From Eledone cirrhosa (Eukaryota): 64,000 bases of DNA. The notes below the pieces were generated by a model. The model was not told where the DNA came from. It did no database searches and saw only the letters and a program-made list of their open reading frames with translations. Shown piece after piece: positions 24,915-36,368 of the stretch. The position numbers and the translations under genes are program-made. Where the stretch lies: assembly GCA_964016885.1 (NCBI GenBank), contig OZ024742.1, positions 341,310,001 to 341,374,000 on the forward strand. The letters are read 5' to 3'. Numbering within the stretch: the first letter of the stretch is position 1; each line of letters opens with the position of its first letter.

Positions 24915-26768
24915 TGAAGTCCGGCCGCATTGACCCGAAAGGGCCGTAGGCGGCTACCAACCTAAACGCTCCGCCTTTACCACTGCCAGGGTCCAGAACC
25001 ACTAGTCGACCCTCCGGGTCCAAATGTACCATCTGTGTTGCGAGACCCAGATGTTTTTGCAGCAGAACGACAACTCCACCCCCACCTCCGGGCTGACAGA
25101 GAGATGCGTGCATCTCAAAGTCATCAAAGGCGGGGGCCAGCTGTCGCACGTTGCTGATCCGGGCCTCGCAAATAACCATCACATCTATACGTTGTGACCT
25201 GAGGTCATTTAGAAGCATTGCTTGCTTCCAAGTTGAGCCCAGGCCACGCGCATTTAAACAGCCTACTCTTAGCATAGCCATGTTGGTGGTGAAGAGAAAA
25301 GGCACTTACCTCTCTGCGTCCCGGGTATCGGGCTGCACAATTTTCATTAGGGTGGGGGATGGGTTGCTGGGTGGGTTGGTGGTTTGTGGAAGTGTGGGGG
25401 CATCAGTGTGTTGTGTGGTTGGGGAGCTTGGAGTTGTGTGGGTATTTGGTGAGGGGGTGGGATAGTTTTTTAGGAGGACGCGAGTAATGGGCCCGACGCA
25501 GGGGGGACCCACGTCCTCTTTAAAATTGTTTTTTAAAGTTTTATAGGTGTCCTGTGGGGCCTTAATCATTTTGAGGTGGGGGAAATACCCTGCCTGGGTG
25601 AAGTTAGGCCCTTGTGTTTTTATTAGATTGTTGTTGTACACAATGTTTAACAGTTTTTTGTTTCTTGTATTTATGTATGTGTATGCATGTTTTTGTTTTT
25701 GTGTGGTGTTTTTTGTTTGCTGTTGTTGTGAGCTCTTTTGTGTTGGTGTCAGTGTTATGTTTTGGGGAGGGGCTTTTTTCATTTGTGTGTCTGAAGTGTG
25801 TTTTCTTTTTTTTCTTTTGATTGTGTGGAAGTGCTCCTCCTCGTCTGACGACGAACTACGGTCATCTTCCGCGTTGGAGGGGAGGGGTATATTTTCGGGT
25901 TGTGTTTGCGGTACGGGTGTTTTGGAAATTGTTTTTGTTTTTTGAGTGGAGGGGATGGGTTGGACATTGTTTTGTTTTGGTTTGAGCTGTGGTGGTTGTT
26001 TTTGTAGTGGTAGTTGTGGTGATTGTGTTGGCTGTGCAGTTGTTGGTGGTGTAGGCAGGATTGGGGTTTTCTTATTAAGTTGGGGACAGACAGCCCTCAG
26101 GTGACCTCTGGTTCCGCAGAGGTAACACGAGGGCCGTCTACCCTCAACGGTAATGTTGATGAAGGTTAGATCATCCAGTATGACGCGTTCAGGGATCTGG
26201 GCGATCCTTTCGGGCCTCATTTGAACTACAAGTTCGAGGCTCGATCCACTGAACGCGTCACCCGATGCCTTTCCCATGGACACCAGCATGTCATCCTCCA
26301 GGTCCAGAAAACCTGTCAAAACCCACCATATGTCCATAATCGGCAGGATGGTGTGGATTTTTATTTTTTGTGTTCTTCTACCCATGTACGTAGGGTAGAA
26401 GGTGTATGCGGTGGATGTGATTGGTTTGATGGACAGTTTCACTGCTGTGTCCCTGTCCTTCATGAGAATGGATAGACACCCGTAGAGTCTATCCTTCTGA
26501 ATGAAGGTGATGTCCTTCATGACGTCTTTTAAAACTAGCTCTATCTCGCTCTGTGATGGTTGAGCTGGTTTTTTACTTTTGTTCGAGATTGTCCTAAACA
26601 TGACCGTGTTTAGGAGTCTCTGGCTTTTTAGTTCCGGGGGGGAATGGATTGTGAATGAACCATTTTCCCCGTACACTATATATTTTTTCGCATCCGCCAG
26701 TAGTTCCTTCGCTTTTGTTATATCTACTGGCAGATAGTCGAGGGTTTTCCTTGTCGTCTCGGCGAAGG
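24915..26768 (-). mobile_element. Tx1 LINE copy D (5'- and 3'-truncated): ORF1 plus start of the ORF2 APE domain
   Basis: ORF1 25306-26676 with CYLCGTRGHLRAVC; ORF2 from 25281 MAMLRVGCLNARGL; upstream flank is a pure GATA/TCTA tract at 26769-26826. Confidence 0.9.
25306..26676 (-). CDS. LINE ORF1 (CCHC knuckle), 5'-truncated
   Basis: Open frame homologous to ORF1 of copies A and E. Confidence 0.85.
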   Translation of the reverse strand: MYGENGSFTIHSPPELKSQRLLNTVMFRTISNKSKKPAQPSQSEIELVLKDVMKDITFIQKDRLYGCLSILMKDRDTAVKLSIKPITSTAYTFYPTYMGRRTQKIKIHTILPIMDIWWVLTGFLDLEDDMLVSMGKASGDAFSGSSLELVVQMRPERIAQIPERVILDDLTFINITVEGRRPSCYLCGTRGHLRAVCPQLNKKTPILPTPPTTAQPTQSPQLPLQKQPPQLKPKQNNVQPIPSTQKTKTISKTPVPQTQPENIPLPSNAEDDRSSSSDEEEHFHTIKRKKRKHTSDTQMKKAPPQNITLTPTQKSSQQQQTKNTTQKQKHAYTYINTRNKKLLNIVYNNNLIKTQGPNFTQAGYFPHLKMIKAPQDTYKTLKNNFKEDVGPPCVGPITRVLLKNYPTPSPNTHTTPSSPTTQHTDAPTLPQTTNPPSNPSPTLMKIVQPDTRDAER

Positions 26769-26827
<59 letters not shown>

Positions 26828-27145
26828 CAACTATAGAGATTTGACCGTTTGATTTCTTACAATCCTGTCAACACTACGACTCTTGTGTTTTATTATAAAG
26901 ATATATATATAGTGAGAGAGGTGGTAGATATTTGCATGTCTGTATGTAATACATCAAAATATAGACAAGACACATATAAAGTATATCTATCATATATTAT
27001 GTTACCAACTTAGAAGAAGTGTCAATGAAACCAAGAAGTTTTCCTTTTTATGACAAAAAATATTCCTGTAAAATATTTTACAGGAATATTTATGTTTATA
27101 TCTGTCATAAATTAGATAAATAAGTAATACATGAATGAGTGTATA

Positions 27146-27187
<42 letters not shown>

Positions 27188-27290
27188 GGGGAGGGGGGTA
27201 TATACATATATATATGTGTGTGTGTGTGTATATTCATATGTATATTATATATATTATATGTATGTATTTTTATAGATATGTGTACGTATG

Positions 27291-27347
<57 letters not shown>

Positions 27348-28079
27348 TAATCTATGCATATATATATATATGTGTGTATATATAGAGATAGATAGATAGA
27401 GGGATAGAGAGAGAGAATGAGAGAGAGAGGGAGAGAGACAGAGAGAGAGAGAGATGTGCATGATAGATAGATATGGGTGTGTTCTGTGCATGGATGGGTG
27501 TGTGTCTGCGTGTGTATGTGTATATACATATATTGCAAATATTGTGTGTGTCAGTGTGTGCTAGTGTGTGCTCCTCTCTATCTATATGTGTCTGTCAGCG
27601 TATACGAATATTACGCTATATATTATGAGATAGCTCTGAATCTGATATTTCACACCATTAACAGCTTCAGTGAACACTTTAATAAACTATGAACAAAAAT
27701 ATATCCTCGCTTCACTTGTCTTCTATATTTACCAAAATAATTAATATAATCTTAGTCATAGATAAATATTTGTCATAAATTAATATTAATCATAAACTAA
27801 TTGTTTTGTGTTTTTTCTCCTCACCGCATAATGAGTTTTAATTGTTTGTTTTTTTAGTGCATTAAATATGTTTTGTTCAATATTTTGCTATTTGTTACTG
27901 TTTAGTGAAGAAGGAAAGGTCGGTACCTATGACCGTTTTCAGGTCCTCTGAGTCTGGAAGGTCAGAGAGGTATCCTGAAACTGGAGACCTACTTGTAACA
28001 GTAAAACTCCTGTAAAGGTGCTAAAGATCCTTAGGGCCAGTGATTATGGTAAACAAGGTGATGGAATAATTCAAGCACT

Positions 28080-28320
28080 CAAGGGCTAGGTAAAGGTGTT
28101 AAATTCAGTGGTGGATTAAGTCTACTACTCAAAGATCAGGTGAAAATGTTAATCTACCAAAGGCCAGATGGTGGTGTCAAACTAGGTGATGGTTTAATTC
28201 TACTACCCAAAGGCCAGGAATCGGTGTCAAACTGGGTGATGGTTTAAGTCTACTACCCAGGCCATGTGGTGGTGTTAAACTCTGTTAAAGATTATACCCA
28301 CCACTCAAGGGCCAGAGAGT
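28080..28320. repeat. Degenerate ~55-bp tandem repeat
   Basis: Recurring GGTGTCAAACT(A/G)GGTGATGGTTTAA.TCTACTACCCA.AGGCCA. Confidence 0.6.
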
Positions 28321-29057
28321 GAAAACGGTAGAAATGAATTATTTCTGATGACATTTTCTTCATCAAAACTTTACCTCTACGACGCCATGCTCCCCACAAA
28401 AGCCCTGACACACTGGTACCCAATGTATCACCCTCCCATGCACCTCCCCTACCACCTGTTAGTAGTTGTTCTCACTATCACTACATCCCACTCTAAAATC
28501 CAAACACAGCCGTGATTACCCTCTACGCTATCGGAGGTCACCTCTCCTTTCATACTCATCACCACCGATAACCTTACAATTATTCTCCTTCTTTCTGTTC
28601 TTTCCTCGCATTGAAGAGAACGCTCTTCAGTTGGGACAATATCCGACAACCTCTCTAGTGCTGGTGACAGGAAAATGCACCTAGTACACGGTGTAAAGTT
28701 GTTGGTGATATGAAGGGATCCCCACTATAGAAACGATGTCAAAAAGTGTCAAGAGCATACTCCAGTTGTGTTAACTGCGCGATCTTTTTAGTGTTGGAGA
28801 TCTACACGATAAATGCACCCAGTACACTTTACTGTAAAGTGGTTAAAGATATAAAGAGCATCCAGCTGTAGAAAACCTTCCAAACAAAGCGTCGAAAGGA
28901 CCCTTCAATTGTATAAAAAAAACATAACTAGTTCCTTAGTGTTGGTGTCACGATAAAATGCATTCGGTAGAGTATTGGTCCATATGTAAGTGAGATACCG
29001 GCCCATTATCTACCTGAGAGGCCAGTAGCCCGCTTGTAAAGACTTGTCCAACCCTCG

Positions 29058-29247
29058 ATAATAATTGTTTCTACTTTTGGCACAAGGCCAGCAATTATGC
29101 CAGTGTATTACTGGTATTTATTTTATCGACCCCGTAAGGATGAAAGGCAAAGTTAACCTCGGCGGGATTAGAACTCAGATCATAAATAGCCATAACTCTT
29201 TGCTGCAAAGCATGGCGTTCGACCCTCTAACGATACTGCCAATCCAC
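29058..29247 (-). mobile_element. tRNA-derived SINE (family 1)
   Basis: Reverse complement of 30428-30619; A/B boxes and GCCTTTCATCC..GGGGTCGATAAA core. Confidence 0.85.
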
Positions 29248-29282
29248 AACCCTTGCTAATAATGGAAGCTGAGGTTGAATGA

Positions 29283-29313
<31 letters not shown>

Positions 29314-29756
29314 TCCAGTGGTGGTGGTAGTGGTGGTGGTGGTAGTGGTAGTGATGGTTATGGGGGGGGGGGATAGTGAATGTATTAGACTTAAGACATA
29401 GGCTAAATACTTAAAGAATTTACTCTAGCTAGTGTTCTATTCTTCCAGCTCAGTGATCAATATTACAGTAAAGACATTAATATAAAAACAAAATTAGACG
29501 GTAAAACAAAGAATCATCTTGGTTGGATACTACATTGTTTTAGCTGAGAGAAAAAGTAGTGTGTAGTGCTCTTGGCTTTTGTAAACCCTCTGAAACCTGA
29601 GGTTTTGGTGCTGTTCCGCTTAAACTGTTGCAATTCGACTCCTGTAAGAAGGACATGAGCAGGAGATTTCCAGAAGGACCACATTCTGAAGAGGAAAGAC
29701 TGGATGTTGTGGTAAGTGCAAGGCTTGGTGGGGAGACGAAAACAAAAATAATAACA

Positions 29757-29965
29757 ATGATTTAGGCACAAGGCCAACAATTTTAAGGGAGAGAGAAAGT
29801 CGATTAAATCAACCCCAGTGCATTACTAGTGCTTTATTTTATCGACCCCGTAAGGATAAAAGGAAAATCTAACCTTAGTGGGATTTGAAATCAGATCGCA
29901 AATGGTCGTAACTCTATGCTGCAAAGGATGTTATCCGACACTCTACCGATACTGCCAATCCACCA
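29757..29965 (-). mobile_element. tRNA-derived SINE (family 1)
   Basis: Same core and head as the other copies. Confidence 0.8.
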
Positions 29966-30427
29966 CCCCCCACAAAGGTAATAATAGCAAGAGAGATGTT
30001 GGAATCGGATGGGCTTTCCAAAGAGCCAAGCTTTTGAGGAGGAAGGACTAGGCGTAGAGGCTACAGCAGATGGAGGGGTGGGGGCTTGAGGAAGGTAGTT
30101 GGACACAACATGGGTGATGAGAGAGGGATAGGCAAGGGAGTCGAGCGGGAGTTCCAGAGAACCAACGTTCTGAGGGGGGTATGTGTAGCAATTAATGTGG
30201 GATCAGTTGGAAAGATGTACACAACATTGGTGCTATGAGGAACAGAGACGAGTAAATCGGGTTGCTTGTGGGTGTTGGAGGAAGGAGGCTAAAAATCTCT
30301 GTGGAGAAGAGATCAATTCATGAATTAAAATGCTGGTTAGAAACTGTTTCAAAATTTACAAAATAGCGCTTGTGGGTTAAGCAAAGCATGATTTCTGACC
30401 GTAAATATTTAAAGCTTGTTATCATGC

Positions 30428-30619
30428 GGTGGATTGGCAGTATCGGTAGAGAGTCGGACACCATGCTTTCCAGTATAGTTACGTCCCTTTACGATCTGAG
30501 TTCAAATCCCGCCGAGGTTGACTTTGCCTTTCATCCTTACGGGGTCGATAAAATAAAATACCAGTAATGCACTGGTTAATTGCTGGCCTTGTGCCTAAAG
30601 TAGAAACAGTTATCATGAT
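30428..30619 (+). mobile_element. tRNA-derived SINE (family 1, Meta-domain-like core)
   Basis: A box TGGCAGTATCGG, B box GAGTTCAAATCCC, core GCCTTTCATCCTTACGGGGTCGATAAAATAAAATACCAG; at least 5 copies in the window. Confidence 0.85.
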
Positions 30620-31116
30620 ACAATACCGTCGGTGATTTGATACTTCAACTTCAACTGAAGAATTTACCATTATTATCGTTTGTCATCTATCATTGAAATA
30701 ATGGTTGATAATGGAATATACATTAGTTAGTGGTTAAATATGAAAAGACACGTGATTTATTGATGAAATGATGTATTCTTTCATCGGAGGTCATTTTCTG
30801 AAACATTATTCAGATTCCTGAACACTTAAACCTAAATAAGTAAATAAATGAATAAATTATTACTTGACTTGTACGTGTGTGTGTGTTTCTCTGTGTGTAT
30901 GTGTGTATGTAAGTGTATGCATGTATGTGTCCGTGTAAGTGTGAGTATGTGTATGCACATGTGTATACCATACGTCACGTGTGTTGTCATTTTGTTTTGA
31001 TTAACGGTTTCTGTTTGAATCTGGTGTCTTGTAATAGGATAATGATCTAGATTTAGAGAACACTTTAAAAGATGTTGTTATTTATGTCGGAAATCTATTT
31101 CCTCCTATTTCGTCAC

Positions 31117-31210
<94 letters not shown>

Positions 31211-31212
31211 GT

Positions 31213-31246
<34 letters not shown>

Positions 31247-32016
31247 ATATGTATGGAAATGTTTGAAAGTATTGTGTCCATTCCACAACGTACTATACTG
31301 GTCAATGGTTTTGTATTCTACCAGCAGCAGCAGCGCCACCACCACCACCACCACCACAATCCTCACCCCCACCATCACAATAATAACAGCAGAAATAACA
31401 CCACCAGTATTTTTCTTCTTCAGAAATAATATATCTAACACTGTCACTTCGCCAAAATATAGAGAGAATACTTGCAGACAATGAGGTTATCCAGCTTCAC
31501 CATTATAGAGACTATAATGCAGGGGCCTCAAAAGAGGCCGATATCAAACCCCTCTTCCCCAATTGTGACTACCTAAGCTATCGATGAAACTTTAGGGAGA
31601 AAATCTTGCATTTGTATAAAAAATGAAAACACATAAAAGGATTTCTTTCTAACACAGTCACAAGGCGCGGAGGATGTCGACACAAGAACTTAGCTGGTAT
31701 TTAATTTTATCGTGCTTAAAAAGAGGAATGGCAAATTTGAACACAGAACGTAAAAAGACGTAACTTATCCAAATGTTTTTCAATGGATTAACTGTATAGG
31801 CGAGATGAAACAATGAACTTCCTGCTGATCCCATCTAAAATCTTCTGTTTGTTATTTTCCTAAATCCAACCTAAGCTTTCCATCACAGCAAATCTTTGCT
31901 GCTGTCGATTTATCCTGTTTTCTTTAATACATGCCGCAAAACAGTTTGTTCGGCGCTCCAGCCCACAGCCTTATAAAAATAATACATAGAATAATGGTTT
32001 CTTTAACTATTGCTAG

Positions 32017-32140
32017 TGAAGGCGTGTGGCTGAGTGGTTAGAGAATTGGATTCACAATCTTGAATTGTAAGTTCGATTCCTGGACCGGGCGATGCGTTAT
32101 GTCCTTGAGCAAGACACTTTATTTCACGTTGCTCCTTCTA
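32017..32140 (+). mobile_element. tRNA-derived CORE-type SINE
   Basis: A box TGGCTGAGTGG, B box GTTCGATTCC, CORE-like TGTCCTTGAGCAAGACACTT. Confidence 0.75.
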
Positions 32141-34439
32141 CCTGGAGTTGCGACCGATAGATAGTATTAGCAACTTGAAAGACCGAGGAAACACTGTTTC
32201 CTCGGTCCGATTTGACGAAAGTCGATCGATCCTTTTTTTTTTAACTATTGCTGTTATCTTTCATGTGTATTACTCTGTCATACCTCGCGACGTATTTGAC
32301 GCGGATTCGTTTTTTTCTACATTTCATGTTTAGTATATTTTGTTATTTCGTTTTAATATTCTTTAACATTTTCTGCTCTATCATTCTTATCTAAATTTGT
32401 TGTTTCAGCGAATTTTGTATTTTATCTTTTCCAGGATTCACAACTGACAGATAATACCAGCAACAGACAGATCAATGGAACCATAATTTCCTAAGTCCAA
32501 TTTGACCATTGGCTCCTTTCCTTTTTTCCATTGTCTATAGAAACGACAGACCAGCCACAAACCTTATGCTGACCCCACCTGAATAACAAGCATGATGAAC
32601 CAAAAGAAATTTTGCACCCTCCATCCTTGTATCGGATGTTAACATCCATTATTTGTGTTGCCTTTGATACCCATCTTATGCAATGTATGATAAAAACACA
32701 CTAATGAAACAATCTGGAGATCAAATCTTTAATATGCATCAAATCTTCAATGTTTCTTCCCAAAGACGAGAGCGTGGGTGTAACAAACTTCAAAAGAAGA
32801 CAAAAGAAATTCTTGAATAAGATCATGTGGGAACCTATTACACCTCAGGAGGTATTTAGAAGAGTTTCAAACTCAAAGACTCTCTTCCTTACTAATTACC
32901 GGTTTAGTATCAGAAGACTGTCAAATTCTTGACACTAGCAGATGCCAATAATGATGACTACGAGTAGAATAGCAACATATCCTGCGTTCGGTTGATGTCA
33001 GTACAACAATACATGTATGTGTGGGTGTGTGTATGTATGCGTGTGTGTGCAAATAGGAAATATATTTAGATAGGAGAGGAAGGAAAGTCGTTTCCTCTGA
33101 GAAAGAGCAATAAAAAGAACGAGAAGCAACCAGTGATGACATCATACTTTCTAGAAGTAGTTATATCAGTTTGGTATACTGTTAAGTTTCCTGACATTTT
33201 AACTATACAATCGATTGGATTAAAAAATTTATATTTTAACCCAAGTGTTATGAAACTGTCCGGAATTAATGACTTACTCCTTGAAGAATATCATTGCTCC
33301 CAGAATTCATTGTGTCCTTACATCCAACGTTCTGCCGTTGCGTTTCCGAGTCCGGAAGTTGCGCCTAATATGTTAAAAAGTCAACTTTGGAAAAGATTTT
33401 CAGTTTAAATGTCAAGTGTTGTGAGATGTTAATGAGTAGACGTTCTTGGTAAAACTTTTACTTTCCGCTCCTCAGAATAATCTTAATGTATATGTTAAAC
33501 GAAAATAAGATAGAATAAATCAACAGCAGCAATGGTTTGCTATAATGAAAGCTTCGGGTGGATTTAGGAAAATAACAAACCGGAGATTTTAGTTGGAATC
33601 AGCAGGAATTTCGTTCAGTTTCATTCCGCCTAGAAGCTGACATCCAGTCAATCCACTGAAAAACATTTGCATAATTTTCCGCCATGTTTCTCTTAGTACT
33701 TTTCTTGTTTTTTGTTTGTTTGTTTGTTTGTTTGTGTTTTTGTTCTTTTTCGTTTGTTTCCTTTTGTTGTTGTATTTAATTTATTAAACATTTTCAATAG
33801 ATTTCTCAGGGGATTAGAGCCTGTAATTACTGGATATTTTTAACGGCTTAGTCACAGAAGGATGGGCAGCACTCTTGACCCTTTTCAGAGCTTCTGATAT
33901 TGGTGGTAGAAATGGATCAGTTATTCTGAAACAGAATTAGAGTTGTCCTTTTATATTCGTTGTTGCAGCGACTGAATGTACAAGACACCGGCAGCCAGCT
34001 TGTTGCAGAGCTAACACGTAACTCTAGTCGATGGTACTCATTTTCAGGGGAATGAACATGTCTAACGTGAAGTGTGAGGCCTTGCTGAAGGACTCAACAT
34101 ATCACCCAGTCTGGGAACCGGACCTCTGACCCTATGATCCTTATGAATCCAACACCTTAATTATGAGGCCATGCAACTTTACTTGCAATAGAGTGGACTT
34201 TGCTAATGATATGAAGTGTCATGGAGTCGTTTTAAACCAGACGATGAATTACATCTACGACCCAACAACTCAGAACACACAACCGGAAGAAATACCACAA
34301 ATCATCTTGTACGATGCCCTAACAATTTTACCAATTCAACGACCAGGACTTCACTAAAGAACACATTTGTCCTCTTTGGCATTTGAACATGGAGCGCAAA
34401 GAGTCAAAAGAAACGCCGCAAGTATTCTACAAACACATC

Positions 34440-35053
34440 TACTCTCGGGTCCCAAACAGAGGAGGCTGGAATAAGCGGGGGTGGGGTGGAATTAGCGGGG
34501 TGGGGTGGAATAAGCGGGGGTGGGGTGGAATAAGCGGGCGGGGTGGAATAAGCGGGGGTGGGGTGGAATAAGCGGGGGTGGGTGGAATAAGCGGGGTGGC
34601 GTGGAATTAACGGGGGAGGCTGGAATAAGCGGGGATGGGGTGGAATAAGCGGGGTGGGTGGAATAAGCGGGGGCGGGGTGGAATTGGCGGGGGTGGGGTG
34701 GAATTAGCAGTGGAGTGGTAATGGAAAATCGGTAATTTTTTAGGTTGTATCTATTGATTTTTTTAAAAACCAGAATTAGTTGTTTAGTTTACATCTTGAG
34801 ACCCGAACCCATCTTATTTATTTTATAACATATGGGATTTCTTGTAATGTATTTTTACGGTCATGTATAATGTTTTTTTAATGTCTGAAGTAAATTAATT
34901 GTCGCAGGAATGTTACCACTTAAAATAAAATTTCGCCGGAGATAGATTAGCAAAATTTAATAAGCGGGGAAAGGGTGGAATAAGAGCGGGGGTGGTGGAC
35001 AAAATCTAAAAAACTAATAAGCTAGGGGGATGGTTATTTACGACACGAGAGTA
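34440..35053. mobile_element. MITE/non-autonomous DNA transposon with internal G-rich minisatellite
   Basis: Terminal inverted repeats TACTCTCG(G/T)GTC at both ends; ~20-bp unit GGAATAAGCGGGGGTGGGGT repeated about 12 times at 34467-34712. Confidence 0.7.
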
Positions 35054-35134
35054 CCCTCAATGTAGTTCTGAGATAAAATCAGCTTGAAATAATCTGCTAC
35101 AAGAGTGAACCTTTGAATTACAGGTACAAACCAT

Positions 35135-35280
35135 TCGACAGGCTTCAACACAGTTTCCATATACGAAATTTCACTCAAAATACGAGATTATAGTAAAGAT
35201 ACTTGCCCAAGATACCACATAGTCGGATCGAACCTTGAACCTCGTGATTGTGAAGCAAACCTTTAAATCATTCAGCCGTA
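35135..35280 (-). mobile_element. Degenerate tRNA-derived SINE (family 2)
   Basis: Reverse complement shows a GGTTCGATCC B box, CTTGGGCAAGT, and the GGAAACTGT..GAAGCC tail shared with 52329-52965. Confidence 0.6.
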
Positions 35281-35821
35281 CGTGTAGCGTTTTTCTCAAG
35301 GTACAGCGCTGTAGAACCGAGCCGGAAACAAAGTTTAGTTACGAAGAAAACTACTTAACACGACAACCATGCTTGCACCACCCACCATACATTTAGATTA
35401 TATCGACATGTAATATTAATGTTTATAGATTAACTTAATATGAGCTGAACCTATGTAGTGTGGCAATATAGAACTAAATATTAATCTGTAAATTAAGTTA
35501 ACAATTAATAATTACGATTCACTGGCTGTCATGTTGAACACCCGTAATACGAGATTATTATTGAATAGTTAGAAATGCCGTGTTTATGACAGCTACTCCT
35601 ATGGATTAGTTTTATTGAATTACTGGCCATAACCCATCCTAACATGAAATACCTTCTTATTATTCTATAGTCACGCTCCACGTATCCATAGCATTATCTT
35701 TATTCTGACTTCTGTTATGATAAAAGTACACTTCCTCCTTAATTTCGCTACAGATACATGTTATACTTAATACTCAAAATGCTTATTACATGCAATTCTC
35801 TCTCTCTATATATATATATAA

Positions 35822-35902
<81 letters not shown>

Positions 35903-35904
<2 letters not shown>

Positions 35905-36093
35905 GTTTTAATAGAGAAGAGCTTCTACAGGACTAGAACTGTTTCATTCGTGAGAAATCATCAGATGATTTATCACGAATGAAACAGTTCTAGTCCTGTA
36001 GAAGCTCTTCTATATTAAAACTTTTATACTCTGCTATGTATTGAGTACCTTACTTACTGTGGTTACCTCCGATTCAACCCGGAATAACTTACC
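35903..36093 (+). mobile_element. Small HHR-bearing PLE pLTR fragment with 5' fold-back (family shared with 60746-60892)
   Basis: Palindrome 35903-36022 centred on the HHR core; 3' part near-identical to 60770-60892. Confidence 0.8.
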
Positions 36094-36123
36094 TATATAT
36101 ATATATTTCTCTTTCTCTCTCTC

Positions 36124-36154
<31 letters not shown>

Positions 36155-36368
36155 TTCTTTATTTACCATAAAGGCATAAAAAGAAGGGACAAATACAAAG
36201 GGGGAGTTTACATATAATCGAGTAAAAAGGGTGTAACATGAAAATAATCGAAAATAACCTCAAAAGGGAGGGGACGTGATGGGGGTTGCACACACCCCCG
36301 AAAAAGTGTGCAATCCTTTGCCCGGGGAGCACATGGAGAAGGTGCTCCCCTCTCCTTTACTTCTTTAC

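Noticed and set aside
24865-25305. Apparent chimeric ORF fusing the Tx1 APE start to other sequence
   Set aside because: Best explained by a deletion joining copy D to a decayed neighbour; stops after about 14 codons.
26830-26902. Possible Helitron 5' end (TCTTTATAATAAAA on the minus strand)
   Set aside because: No convincing 3' hairpin plus CTRR terminus identified.
27058-27091. 34-bp perfect AT-rich palindrome
   Set aside because: Real, but no associated element or function could be supported.
31424-32494. Two plus-strand exon-like segments (31424-31485 and 32435-32494)
   Set aside because: Weak donor, no recognisable protein, no supporting evidence.
33320-33366. GATSGLGNATAER, similar to an SDR Rossmann motif, on the minus strand
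   Set aside because: A stop follows within three codons and no other SDR motifs are nearby; probably chance.
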